A DNA stretch of 64,000 nt from Candidatus Omnitrophica bacterium UBA6249 (GTDB taxonomy: Bacteria > Omnitrophota > Gorgyraeia > Gygaellales > Profunditerraquicolaceae). The position numbers and the translations under genes are program-made. Numbering within the stretch: position 1 is the first letter of the stretch; every line of letters starts with the position of its first letter. The stretch is taken from positions 76,839 through 140,838 of the forward strand of contig DJVT01000009.1 of assembly GCA_002441305.1 (NCBI GenBank), read 5' to 3'. Of this stretch, positions 19,579-28,099 are shown in pieces. The notes beneath the pieces were generated by a model that was not told where the DNA came from, made no database searches, and was given only the letters and a program-made list of their open reading frames with translations.

Positions 19579-21343
19579 TGTAAGAGATATTTTTCTTAAG
19601 AGTATTGAAAGTGAATTTGAATTCTTAAAGCAAGAAGCGTCTTTTTCTGGTGCTGTTGCCAAAAGCATAATCTTGCCTAAATCCCTTGGAGTTTTGCTGC
19701 CGATTAACTATGCCCATTCTCAGGATGATTACCTGATTTCTTTACTGGCAAGGTGGCGTGAGGAGAATTATTTTGCTTATCCTACAAGATTTGAAGTAAC
19801 ATTTGATGGTACTAGAAAATGGTTAAATGAACAGGTTTTAGATAATCCTTCCAGGCTATTATTCTTAGTTGTTGATCAACAGGGAAAATGGATTGGGCAT
19901 GTTGGCTTAGCTAACTGTCTGAATGACGATAGATTCATTATGTTGGATAATATTGTAAGAGGGGATAGGGAGCATTCTCCAGGAATTATGAGCGAAGCAG
20001 TTTTAGAATTAACGGAATGGGTCAGAAGGGCATTTATGCCGGGAAAGATTTATTTAAAAGTCCTTGATACTAATAGCCATGCAATTAATTTCTATGAGAG
20101 ATTGGGATTTGTAGAAAATCATCGTATTCCGCTTAAACGCCAGGAAAGAAAAGATGGTTATTCTTATATAGAGAGTACCAGTTCTGCGATAGATTGTTAT
20201 TTTATTGAGATGGTTTTTCCAGAGAATGCTGGATACATCCCGAAAGAAACTATTTTGACAGCAGGTCCGTTTATTTCTTCTCGCGAAGCATCGTATGCAA
20301 ATGATGCAGTACATTTTGGGTGGAATAAGCAATGGAATAAATATCTTTCATCTTTTGAAGAAAAATTTGCGGATTATGTTGGAGTAAAACATGCTATAGC
20401 TACATCTTCGGGGACAGGCGCTTTGCATATAGCTTTGTTGTCCTTGGGGATTGGGCCGGGAGACGAAGTTATTGTTCCAGATTTAACCTGGGTTGCTACA
20501 GGGCAGGTGGTTAATTATGTAGGAGCCATCCCAATTTTTGCTGACGTTCAGAGAGAATCTTGGTGTTTGGACCCGCTTTCTTTTAAAAAAATGATTAGTA
20601 AGCGTACAAAAGCGGTTATTCCTGTTCATTTATATGGGCATCCAGCTAAAATGGACGAAATTATGGAGATTGCCAGGGATAATAAATTATTTGTTATTGA
20701 AGATGCCGCGCCTTCTATTGGTGCGGAATTTGAAGGCAAGCGAACTGGGAGTTTTGGAGATTTTGCAATGTTTAGCTTCCAGGGTGCCAAACTTGTAGTA
20801 ACTGGAGAAGGCGGCATATTGTTGACTGATAATGATAAACTTTATGAACGTGCTCATAAAATATGGGATCAGGGTCGACGTCCGGGAACTTTTTGGATTG
20901 ATGAGGTTGGCTGGAAGTACAAAATGTCAAATATTCAGGCAGCTTTAGGATTGGGTCAACTTGACCATGTTGATCAGTTGGTTATTGCAAAAAGAAAAAT
21001 ATTTGAATGGTACCAAGAATTCCTGGAAGGCTGTGATAAGATTACTTTATTCAAGGAAGCGGCTTGGGCAAAAAGTATATACTGGATGACTAGTATTCTG
21101 CTTAATCCAGGGGTTAAGCTTACTCGTGACGATTTCATTAATGAATTAAAGAAGAAAAAAATTGATACGAGGCCGGTTTTTCCTGCTATTAGCCAGTATG
21201 TATTTTGGCCTAAGAAACAAAAACCGCAGAAAAACGCTTTTGATATTGGAAATTGTGGAATTAATTTACCCAGTGGGGTTTGTTTAAGACGTGAAGAAGT
21301 TAAATATGTGTCTGAAGTTATTAAGAATATTTTGTCAAAGTAA
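19565..21343 (+). CDS. fusion protein: N-terminal GNAT N-acetyltransferase + C-terminal DegT/DnrJ/EryC1-type sugar aminotransferase
   Basis: The N-terminal ~220 aa hold a GNAT core (WIGHVGL...GIMSEAV..HAINFYERLGF). The C-terminal ~365 aa read ATSSGTGALHIAL...FSFQGAKLVVTGEGG, with the Lys present. TTG start overlaps the end of rfbH. Confidence 0.7.
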   Translation: MREFDVRDIFLKSIESEFEFLKQEASFSGAVAKSIILPKSLGVLLPINYAHSQDDYLISLLARWREENYFAYPTRFEVTFDGTRKWLNEQVLDNPSRLLFLVVDQQGKWIGHVGLANCLNDDRFIMLDNIVRGDREHSPGIMSEAVLELTEWVRRAFMPGKIYLKVLDTNSHAINFYERLGFVENHRIPLKRQERKDGYSYIESTSSAIDCYFIEMVFPENAGYIPKETILTAGPFISSREASYANDAVHFGWNKQWNKYLSSFEEKFADYVGVKHAIATSSGTGALHIALLSLGIGPGDEVIVPDLTWVATGQVVNYVGAIPIFADVQRESWCLDPLSFKKMISKRTKAVIPVHLYGHPAKMDEIMEIARDNKLFVIEDAAPSIGAEFEGKRTGSFGDFAMFSFQGAKLVVTGEGGILLTDNDKLYERAHKIWDQGRRPGTFWIDEVGWKYKMSNIQAALGLGQLDHVDQLVIAKRKIFEWYQEFLEGCDKITLFKEAAWAKSIYWMTSILLNPGVKLTRDDFINELKKKKIDTRPVFPAISQYVFWPKKQKPQKNAFDIGNCGINLPSGVCLRREEVKYVSEVIKNILSK

Positions 21344-22159
21344 ATGATTAAATTTAATAATTTAGTAAAATATGCTCAATCTGTTCGAATCAAGGCTCTA
21401 AATTGCGTATATAAAAGCAAGGCCAGCCATATAGGCAGCGGTTTTTCATGTGTGGAATTATTGGTTTATTTATATTCCAGATGGCTTAATGTTTCTCCTA
21501 GTTTAGCAAGGGATCCGAATAGGGATAGGTTTATTTTGAGCAAAGGGCATGCGGCTGCAGTTTATTATGCCATGCTTGCCGAATTTAGCTTTTTTCCAAA
21601 TGAGTGGTTAGATAGATATTGTGAGATTGGCTCTCTTTTGGGCGGACATGTCCAACACAATGTTCCGGGCGTAGAAATTAGCACTGGTTCATTGGGGCAT
21701 GGCTTGCCGATTGCTGTAGGAATGGCTATAGCGGCAAAACGTGCCCAAAAGAAATATCGTATTGCTGTATTGTTATCTGACGGGGAAATGGAATGCGGTT
21801 CTAATTGGGAAGCTTTAAATATGGCAAGTGCTCAGAAATTAGATAATTTAACAGTTATAGTTGATCGTAATGGCTTACAGGCTATGGGATTTACCGAAGA
21901 CATTCTCCCTATGGATAATCTGGAGCAACGAGTAGCTGCTTTTGGCTGTGCGTATAAGTTAATCGATGGGCATAATTTTCAAGACATAGAGTCGGTTTTT
22001 AAACGTACCCCTTTTACTATGGGGAAGCCTTCTGTTATTATAGCAAAAACAATTAAAGGACGGGGAGTAAGTTTTATGGAAAACAAATTGGAATGGCATT
22101 ATCGCTCCCCGGATACTGTTCAGTATGAAGCAGCTATGAAAGAATTAAAGAATATATGA
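21344..22159 (+). CDS. transketolase, N-terminal (PP-binding) subunit
   Basis: SHIGSGFSCVELL, DRFILSKGHAA, TGSLGHGLPIAVGMA and LSDGEMECGSNWEAL..LDNLTVIVDRNG are the ThDP-binding blocks. Confidence 0.85.
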   Translation: MIKFNNLVKYAQSVRIKALNCVYKSKASHIGSGFSCVELLVYLYSRWLNVSPSLARDPNRDRFILSKGHAAAVYYAMLAEFSFFPNEWLDRYCEIGSLLGGHVQHNVPGVEISTGSLGHGLPIAVGMAIAAKRAQKKYRIAVLLSDGEMECGSNWEALNMASAQKLDNLTVIVDRNGLQAMGFTEDILPMDNLEQRVAAFGCAYKLIDGHNFQDIESVFKRTPFTMGKPSVIIAKTIKGRGVSFMENKLEWHYRSPDTVQYEAAMKELKNI

Positions 22160-23073
22160 GGACGGCATTTTTAAAGCGGTTGGTTAATTTAGCGCGTCGA
22201 GATAAACGTATTTGTTTAGTCGTAGGCGATCTTGGTTTTTCCGTTGTTGAGCCATTCATGAATGAGTTTCCCGACAGATTCTTGAACGCCGGGGTTGCAG
22301 AACAATCAATGACTAGTATTGCAACCGGATGGAGCCTTGCAGAAAATAAAACTGTTTTTACTTATAGCCTGGCGAATTTCCCAACTTTACGTTGTCTCGA
22401 ACAGATCCGGAACGATTGTTGTGGGCATAACGCAAATGTGAAGATTATCTCATTGGGGAGTGGAATTACTTATGGGCAGTCGGGCTATTCTCATTTTGCA
22501 GTCGAAGATCTGGCTGTGATGGGGGCGATGCCGAACATGACCATTTTTACTCCCGGAGATCCTTATGAGGCCGAAAAGATAGCAGATTTAGCGTTACAAA
22601 CTCCCGGGCCGGCCTATATCCGCTTAGCGAAGAACGGCGAACGGCGTTTAAGCGATAAAAAATACTCTTTTGGCATTGGAGAGCTCATAGAATACAAAAG
22701 CGGTAAAGATGTTTGTTTGATTGGGATAGGAAGCATTCTATCGGAATGTATGGAAGCTTCAAGATTGATAGAAGGGGATATCTCTCTTGCGGTTTTTGGT
22801 CTACCGGTTTTTAAGCCTGTAAATGAAAACTTAGCGGTAGAAGTTATTCGTAAATTCCCCTATATCGCTACGGTTGAAGAACATTCTTCTTATGGAGGGT
22901 TAGCCAGCGTTGTCGGGGAAATTATGTCCCGAAATAGATTGAATAGCAAGCTTCTGAAATTTGCCTTACCCGAAGGTTTTGATAAGATTGGCAGCCAGCC
23001 AGAATTACGCAGTTCTTGTGGTTTGACTGCAGGACAAATTGCTGAAACGATAAAAAGGGCTATAGATGCCTAA
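22156..23073 (+). CDS. transketolase, C-terminal (pyrimidine-binding) subunit
   Basis: GDLGFSV...FPDRFLNAGVAEQSM, HFAVEDLAVMGAMPNMTIFTPGD. The start overlaps the upstream subunit by 4 nt. Confidence 0.85.
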   Translation: MRTAFLKRLVNLARRDKRICLVVGDLGFSVVEPFMNEFPDRFLNAGVAEQSMTSIATGWSLAENKTVFTYSLANFPTLRCLEQIRNDCCGHNANVKIISLGSGITYGQSGYSHFAVEDLAVMGAMPNMTIFTPGDPYEAEKIADLALQTPGPAYIRLAKNGERRLSDKKYSFGIGELIEYKSGKDVCLIGIGSILSECMEASRLIEGDISLAVFGLPVFKPVNENLAVEVIRKFPYIATVEEHSSYGGLASVVGEIMSRNRLNSKLLKFALPEGFDKIGSQPELRSSCGLTAGQIAETIKRAIDA

Positions 23074-23890
23074 TAAGATCTGTTTAATAGTCGGGACTAA
23101 AAATGAAGCAAACGCTTTACATGCCTTTCTTGAAAAGCATGTTTGGGCTGATGAAATTCTTGTAACGGATTCTTTTAGTACAGATGATACTGCTGAAGTT
23201 TGCCGTGAATATAACAGAACTTATTTTCAGGCACACTTGTCAGGCAATGCGAATGCCCGGCATAATATTGCCATTAAACAATGTATAAGTGATTGGGTTC
23301 TTTTAATCGATCCTGATGAGCTTATTTCAGAAGAGCTAAAAAAAGAAATATTATTTGTTCTAAATAATCAAAAATGTGAATTTTCCGCATTTGAATTTCT
23401 CAGGGTTAATTATTTTATGAATAGGCCATTAAGGCATGGGGGGTGGAGCGGGTATTCATTAAAGATGTTCCGTAAGGGGTGTGTAGAATTTAAAGGTGAT
23501 TCTTATCATGAAAATCCGGTTGTAAATGGGAAAGTCGGTCGCCTTAGAGGAGAAGTTTTACATTATCCTAATCCAAATATACATTGGATAATGGAAAAGT
23601 TTAATTACATCAGTGAATTTGATTTGCAGGGGTACTCCAATCGTTACGGCGTTTTAAGCCCGGGAAGATTCAAGTGGCTATTATTGACAAGGCCTTTGAA
23701 AAATTTCTGGAAATGTTATTTTAAGAAGAAAGGTTATAAAGACGGATTGCATGGTTTTATCTACGCTATGCTTATTTGGGCGCAGGATGTAATCAGGATA
23801 TGTAAATACGGAGAGAAATTTATTATCAAGAACCCTAATCTAGTGCCTCAGGAGAAATTGCCTGATCCCTGGGAGTGTAGGAAAAAATGA
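23066..23890 (+). CDS. glycosyltransferase family 2
   Basis: ILVTDSFSTDDT and LLIDPDE are DxD-type blocks, with WaaE/KdtX-like overall features. Confidence 0.65.
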   Translation: MPNKICLIVGTKNEANALHAFLEKHVWADEILVTDSFSTDDTAEVCREYNRTYFQAHLSGNANARHNIAIKQCISDWVLLIDPDELISEELKKEILFVLNNQKCEFSAFEFLRVNYFMNRPLRHGGWSGYSLKMFRKGCVEFKGDSYHENPVVNGKVGRLRGEVLHYPNPNIHWIMEKFNYISEFDLQGYSNRYGVLSPGRFKWLLLTRPLKNFWKCYFKKKGYKDGLHGFIYAMLIWAQDVIRICKYGEKFIIKNPNLVPQEKLPDPWECRKK

Positions 23891-24603
23891 CTAAAGAACT
23901 GACAACTGGTAATATAAAAGAAGACTATAACCGTATTTATGAAACAAGCGGTATCAGGACGAATTCCGCGTATTACCGTTGGCTGATTAAATTGTTGAAT
24001 CCGCAAAAGGGTGGCAGCCTGCTGGATGTGTCATGCGGAGAAGGGATTTTCTTGAAGGAATTTGCCAGGAGGATTAAGGGCGCGCGGGTGTATGGGCTGG
24101 ATATCTCGGATAAGGCATTAATCAGGTCCAGGAATAATGTGGATTCAGCCGGTTTGGTTAACGCGGACGGGCAGTTTGTGCCTTTTAAGGATGAAGAATT
24201 CGATTATATTACCTGTTTGGGCAGCCTTGAGCATTATCTGGACCCGGAGAAGGGGATGCGGGAGCTATGCAGGGTGGGCAAAGAGGGTGCAATGTTTTGT
24301 ATAGTCCTGCCCAATTCCGTGAGCGTGGATTTCTTGTTGCATGTGGTAAAATATGGGGCAAAGCCTGTGGATGATTTTCAGATTATCGAACGAACTGCTA
24401 CCAGAGAGGAATGGTCGGCTTTGCTTGAGAAAAATGGGTTTAAGATTGTTAAGGTTTATGGTTCTAATCTTTGGCCGGAGTTGTTCCAGGAGGGTAGTTT
24501 TAAAGTAAAATCTTTAGGGAAGTACTTCAGGCGGAAATTGGTAAAAACCTTTTGTCCGGTGAACCTGGCAAGAGAATTTGTCTTTATCTGCAGGAAGAAA
24601 TAA
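23887..24603 (+). CDS. class I SAM-dependent methyltransferase
   Basis: LLDVSCGEGIF is the SAM motif, followed by ITCLGSLEHY. GC content rises from this gene onward. Confidence 0.7.
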   Translation: MTKELTTGNIKEDYNRIYETSGIRTNSAYYRWLIKLLNPQKGGSLLDVSCGEGIFLKEFARRIKGARVYGLDISDKALIRSRNNVDSAGLVNADGQFVPFKDEEFDYITCLGSLEHYLDPEKGMRELCRVGKEGAMFCIVLPNSVSVDFLLHVVKYGAKPVDDFQIIERTATREEWSALLEKNGFKIVKVYGSNLWPELFQEGSFKVKSLGKYFRRKLVKTFCPVNLAREFVFICRKK

Positions 24604-24615
24604 TCAGGGGAGATT

Positions 24616-26676
24616 ATGTTTCTTTTGTTTTTCGTCAACGCCCTGGTGATATTGAATTCTTTGATTCTTACCAGGTTATTCTTTTATTACCGGTCAGCTT
24701 CCGATTATTTGATTTCGGTATTCTTAATCTTTTATGCTCAAGTCATACTGATTTTGCAGGCCCTTGGTTTATTCGGGCGCCTGCAAGCGGCAAATATAGT
24801 AAGTATTTGTCTGTTTTTGAGCGCTGCCTGTTTGTTGCTTTGGCATTTTGCTCCGGCCGGGATGAAGACAAGGCAGGAGGCGAGCTTCTTTGATAAGCTG
24901 TCGGTGTTCTCAAGGTTTGAGCGTTTCCTTATCTCTCTGCTTATAGGCTTCTTCCTGGTTAAATTCTTTATCGTTCTTTTTAACGCTACTCTGGGCTGGG
25001 ATAACTTGAACTATCATTTTACCTTCCCGGTGGAATGGCTTAAGAGCGGTAAACTTGTGTGCCCGATAAGTATCTTCGGCGACCCGAGCGTATCTTATTA
25101 CCCTCTTAATGGAAGTTTGTTTTATTTTTGGTTTATCTTTCCTTTGAAGAATGTTTTTCTTGCCAACGTAGGCCAATACCCGTTTTTTGTTTTTGCTTTC
25201 CTTGCGGTTTATTCCCTTGCCAGGAAGCTTGATCTTTCCCCGCGTTATGCATTTATTGCTGCATGTCTTTTCTGCCTCATCCCGAATTATTTCAAACAGC
25301 TTAAGATCGCCTATATCGATATTATGGATGCGGCTCTGTTTATGTTTACTCTCAATTTCCTTTTTGAGGCCAGGAAAAGCCTGTCTTTGAAATCCTTGTT
25401 TCTTGCGGCATTGTCCTGCGGACTGTTGTTTGGAACCAAGACAACCGTTATTCCTCTTGTGCTGTTGTTATTGTTGGGAATGGGGTTGGTTTGTTTCTTG
25501 AGCCTGCGGCAGAGGATTTGGCCGGCTCTGGCAATTTGTGCCGGCGCATTGTTTGTGTTTGGCGGGTATGCGTATATTCATAATTTTATAACTACCGGGA
25601 ATCCCTTGTATCCTTTGAACTTTGAGGTATTTGGTTTTACTGTTTTTAAAGGGGTGATTGATAGCTCGGTATATAAGACCGGCATATTTCCCGGTGATTT
25701 CGGTTTGAGAAAACTGCTTTTTTCTGAGGGGTTAGGGGTGCAGACTGTTTTGTTTGTTTTCCCGGTTGTTTTACTGAGCCCTGTGTTGTCATTTTGGAAG
25801 ATAGGGAAAAAGGGGGCAGTTGATTATTTTAAGAGATATTTGTTTATTTTGCCTGTTTTGATCTATTTGGTATTCCGGTTTGTATACCCCATGGCTAATG
25901 TGAGGTATGTTTATTGTCTCTTTGCGGTGAGTTTAATTATTGCTTTTTATGTACTTGAAAGGTTTCCGAAGATACGCTGGTTTGTGTTGGCCGTATCCTG
26001 CATATGCGCTTTAGCTTCTTTGGCAGAGATTGCCAAGAGGCGCGAGTTAGTCCTTGCGCTTTTTGTTGTTTTGGCAGTTTATTTTACGCTTCCGCTTGCG
26101 GCCGGTTTCTTTAAAAGGATTACGCGCCTCAAGGTAATTGTACTGTTTGCCGTAACGGTGTTGTTCTTGGTGTTTGCGCAGAATGTCTTTGTCAAGAACG
26201 AATACTCAAGCTATGTGAACATGACGCGTTATTCCGGTTTTTGGCCGGATGCTGCCGAGGCCTGGAAGTGGGTGAATGAGAATACTAAGGGTGAGAATAT
26301 TGCCTACACTGGTAGGCCGACACCGTTTCCTCTGTACGGCGAGGGGTTTAAGAACAATGTTTTGTATATATCGGTAAACGGTGTTGAGCCGGCAATGCTG
26401 CAGTATTTCCCCAAATCTAATTATACTTGGGGGTATAAAGACGGAATTTGGATAACTGATTTTGAATCGGAGAATAATTACCGCGGCAGGGCGGATTACG
26501 ATACATGGATGAAGAACCTGCGTAATTCGGATATCGGTATGCTCTTTGTCTATTCGGGGTTAAGCGAGCAAGGGGTAGTTTATCCTCTGGAGGACCAGTG
26601 GGCGCTTGTCCATCCTGATAAGTTCAAGCCGGTTTTTTCAAACAACACGATACGTATTTACAGGGTGGTAAAGTGA
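24616..26676 (+). CDS. large polytopic membrane protein, GT-C (ArnT/PMT-like) glycosyltransferase candidate
   Basis: 686 aa with more than 12 TM segments and a soluble C-terminal domain of about 170 aa. It is followed by two Dpm1-like GT2 genes. Confidence 0.4.
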   Translation: MFLLFFVNALVILNSLILTRLFFYYRSASDYLISVFLIFYAQVILILQALGLFGRLQAANIVSICLFLSAACLLLWHFAPAGMKTRQEASFFDKLSVFSRFERFLISLLIGFFLVKFFIVLFNATLGWDNLNYHFTFPVEWLKSGKLVCPISIFGDPSVSYYPLNGSLFYFWFIFPLKNVFLANVGQYPFFVFAFLAVYSLARKLDLSPRYAFIAACLFCLIPNYFKQLKIAYIDIMDAALFMFTLNFLFEARKSLSLKSLFLAALSCGLLFGTKTTVIPLVLLLLLGMGLVCFLSLRQRIWPALAICAGALFVFGGYAYIHNFITTGNPLYPLNFEVFGFTVFKGVIDSSVYKTGIFPGDFGLRKLLFSEGLGVQTVLFVFPVVLLSPVLSFWKIGKKGAVDYFKRYLFILPVLIYLVFRFVYPMANVRYVYCLFAVSLIIAFYVLERFPKIRWFVLAVSCICALASLAEIAKRRELVLALFVVLAVYFTLPLAAGFFKRITRLKVIVLFAVTVLFLVFAQNVFVKNEYSSYVNMTRYSGFWPDAAEAWKWVNENTKGENIAYTGRPTPFPLYGEGFKNNVLYISVNGVEPAMLQYFPKSNYTWGYKDGIWITDFESENNYRGRADYDTWMKNLRNSDIGMLFVYSGLSEQGVVYPLEDQWALVHPDKFKPVFSNNTIRIYRVVK

Positions 26677-27407
26677 AGCTTTCTATAGTAATTCCCGCGC
26701 ATAATGAAGAAGAGAATATCTCTCAGGTAATCGAGCAGGTCGAGGAGAAGATTAAGTTTCTTTTTGATTTGATTGTGGTAAACGATCATTCCTCGGATAG
26801 GACAGCGGAAATCGTCTCCGGGCTTACCAAAAGATATGGCAACCTGATTATGATAGAAAACAGGTTAAAGTCCGGGTTTGCCAATGCGATAAAAACCGGC
26901 CTGCTCAGCGCGCGCACCGAAGTGGCCGTGCCGGTTATGGGGGATTTGTGCGATGATTTGGACAGTGTGCCGTTGATGTTCAAGAAGATTGTTGAAGAGG
27001 GGTTTGATGTTGTTTGCGGGTCGCGTTACATAAAAGGGGGTGCGCGTCTAGGAGGATCCAGAGTGAAAGGATTCTTTTCATATTTTGTGGGCAGGACTAT
27101 GGCTATGTTTACGGGTATCCCCACGCATGATGTTGCCAATGCCTTTAAGATGTACCGCAGGGAGATTATGGATAGCGTAAATATCGAATCTACGGGTTTT
27201 GAGGTATCCATGGAGATTGCGCTTAAGGCGTATTTTAAAGGTTTTAAGGTTACGGAGATACCCACGGTTTGGAAGGAGAGGGAGAGGGGGAAATCTACTT
27301 TTAAAATGCTGAACCTGACGCCGAATTATTTCAGGTGGTATTGGTGGGCGGCGAGGAAAGGGTTGGGAAGATTGTTTTGTTCCTTCCGGGCTCGCAATGA
27401 TAAATAG
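26673..27407 (+). CDS. GT2 polyprenol-phosphate glycosyltransferase (Dpm1-like)
   Basis: LSIVIPAHNEEENI, VVNDHSSDRT, PVMGDLCDD and GSRY are the recognised blocks. GTG start overlaps the upstream stop. Confidence 0.75.
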   Translation: MKLSIVIPAHNEEENISQVIEQVEEKIKFLFDLIVVNDHSSDRTAEIVSGLTKRYGNLIMIENRLKSGFANAIKTGLLSARTEVAVPVMGDLCDDLDSVPLMFKKIVEEGFDVVCGSRYIKGGARLGGSRVKGFFSYFVGRTMAMFTGIPTHDVANAFKMYRREIMDSVNIESTGFEVSMEIALKAYFKGFKVTEIPTVWKERERGKSTFKMLNLTPNYFRWYWWAARKGLGRLFCSFRARNDK

Positions 27408-27416
27408 GAGAAAGAG

Positions 27417-28088
27417 ATGGCACTTTCTATAATTATACCGGTTTATAATGAAGTAAGGGCAATAAGGCAGGTGATCGAGAAGGTAAATGCCGTGCCCCTG
27501 GAAAAGGAGATTATTGTTATCGATGACGGCTCTACGGATGGGACGGATAAGGTGCTCAGGGAGATGTGCCTTGATAACCTGAAGATTATCTATCACGGTT
27601 CCAACCGCGGCAAGGGCGCTGCGGTGCTTACCGGGCTGATGCAGGCTTTGGGGGATTACGTGATTGTGCAGGACGCCGACTTCGAATATGATCCGATGGA
27701 CTATCTTAAGCTTATGGAGGCGATGAAGAACGGTGCCGGGGATATGGTGCTCGGGGCGCGTTTTACAAAAGGTTACCACGGGATGGTTATCCCCCGGGCG
27801 GGAAACAGGTTTTTGACCGGGTTGCTCAATGTTTTATTCGGGGTAAGATTGAACGATTGTTTTACGTGTTATAAGCTCACGCGCAGGTCCGATATTCTTG
27901 CCCTTTCGCTGGGCTCGGGGAGTTTTGATATAGAAGTGGAGATACTCGCCAAGGCAATCAAGAAGCGGATGCGCATAGCGGAAGTCCCTATATCCTATAA
28001 TCCGCGCACCTACCATGACGGCAAGAAGATCCGGGTTAAAGACGGGTTGTGGGCGGCTTTGCGCATAGTAAAATTCAGGTTTAAATAG
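27417..28088 (+). CDS. GT2 glycosyltransferase (Dpm1-like)
   Basis: LSIIIPVYNE, IVIDDGSTDGT, IVQDADFEYDP and GARF are the recognised blocks. Confidence 0.75.
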   Translation: MALSIIIPVYNEVRAIRQVIEKVNAVPLEKEIIVIDDGSTDGTDKVLREMCLDNLKIIYHGSNRGKGAAVLTGLMQALGDYVIVQDADFEYDPMDYLKLMEAMKNGAGDMVLGARFTKGYHGMVIPRAGNRFLTGLLNVLFGVRLNDCFTCYKLTRRSDILALSLGSGSFDIEVEILAKAIKKRMRIAEVPISYNPRTYHDGKKIRVKDGLWAALRIVKFRFK

Positions 28089-28099
28089 AGAGGGGAAAT

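Noticed and set aside
24552-24893. 113-aa ORF overlapping the end of the methyltransferase and the start of the 686-aa membrane protein
   Set aside because: It is in an alternative frame of two better-supported genes, and I recognise no motifs or expression signals.
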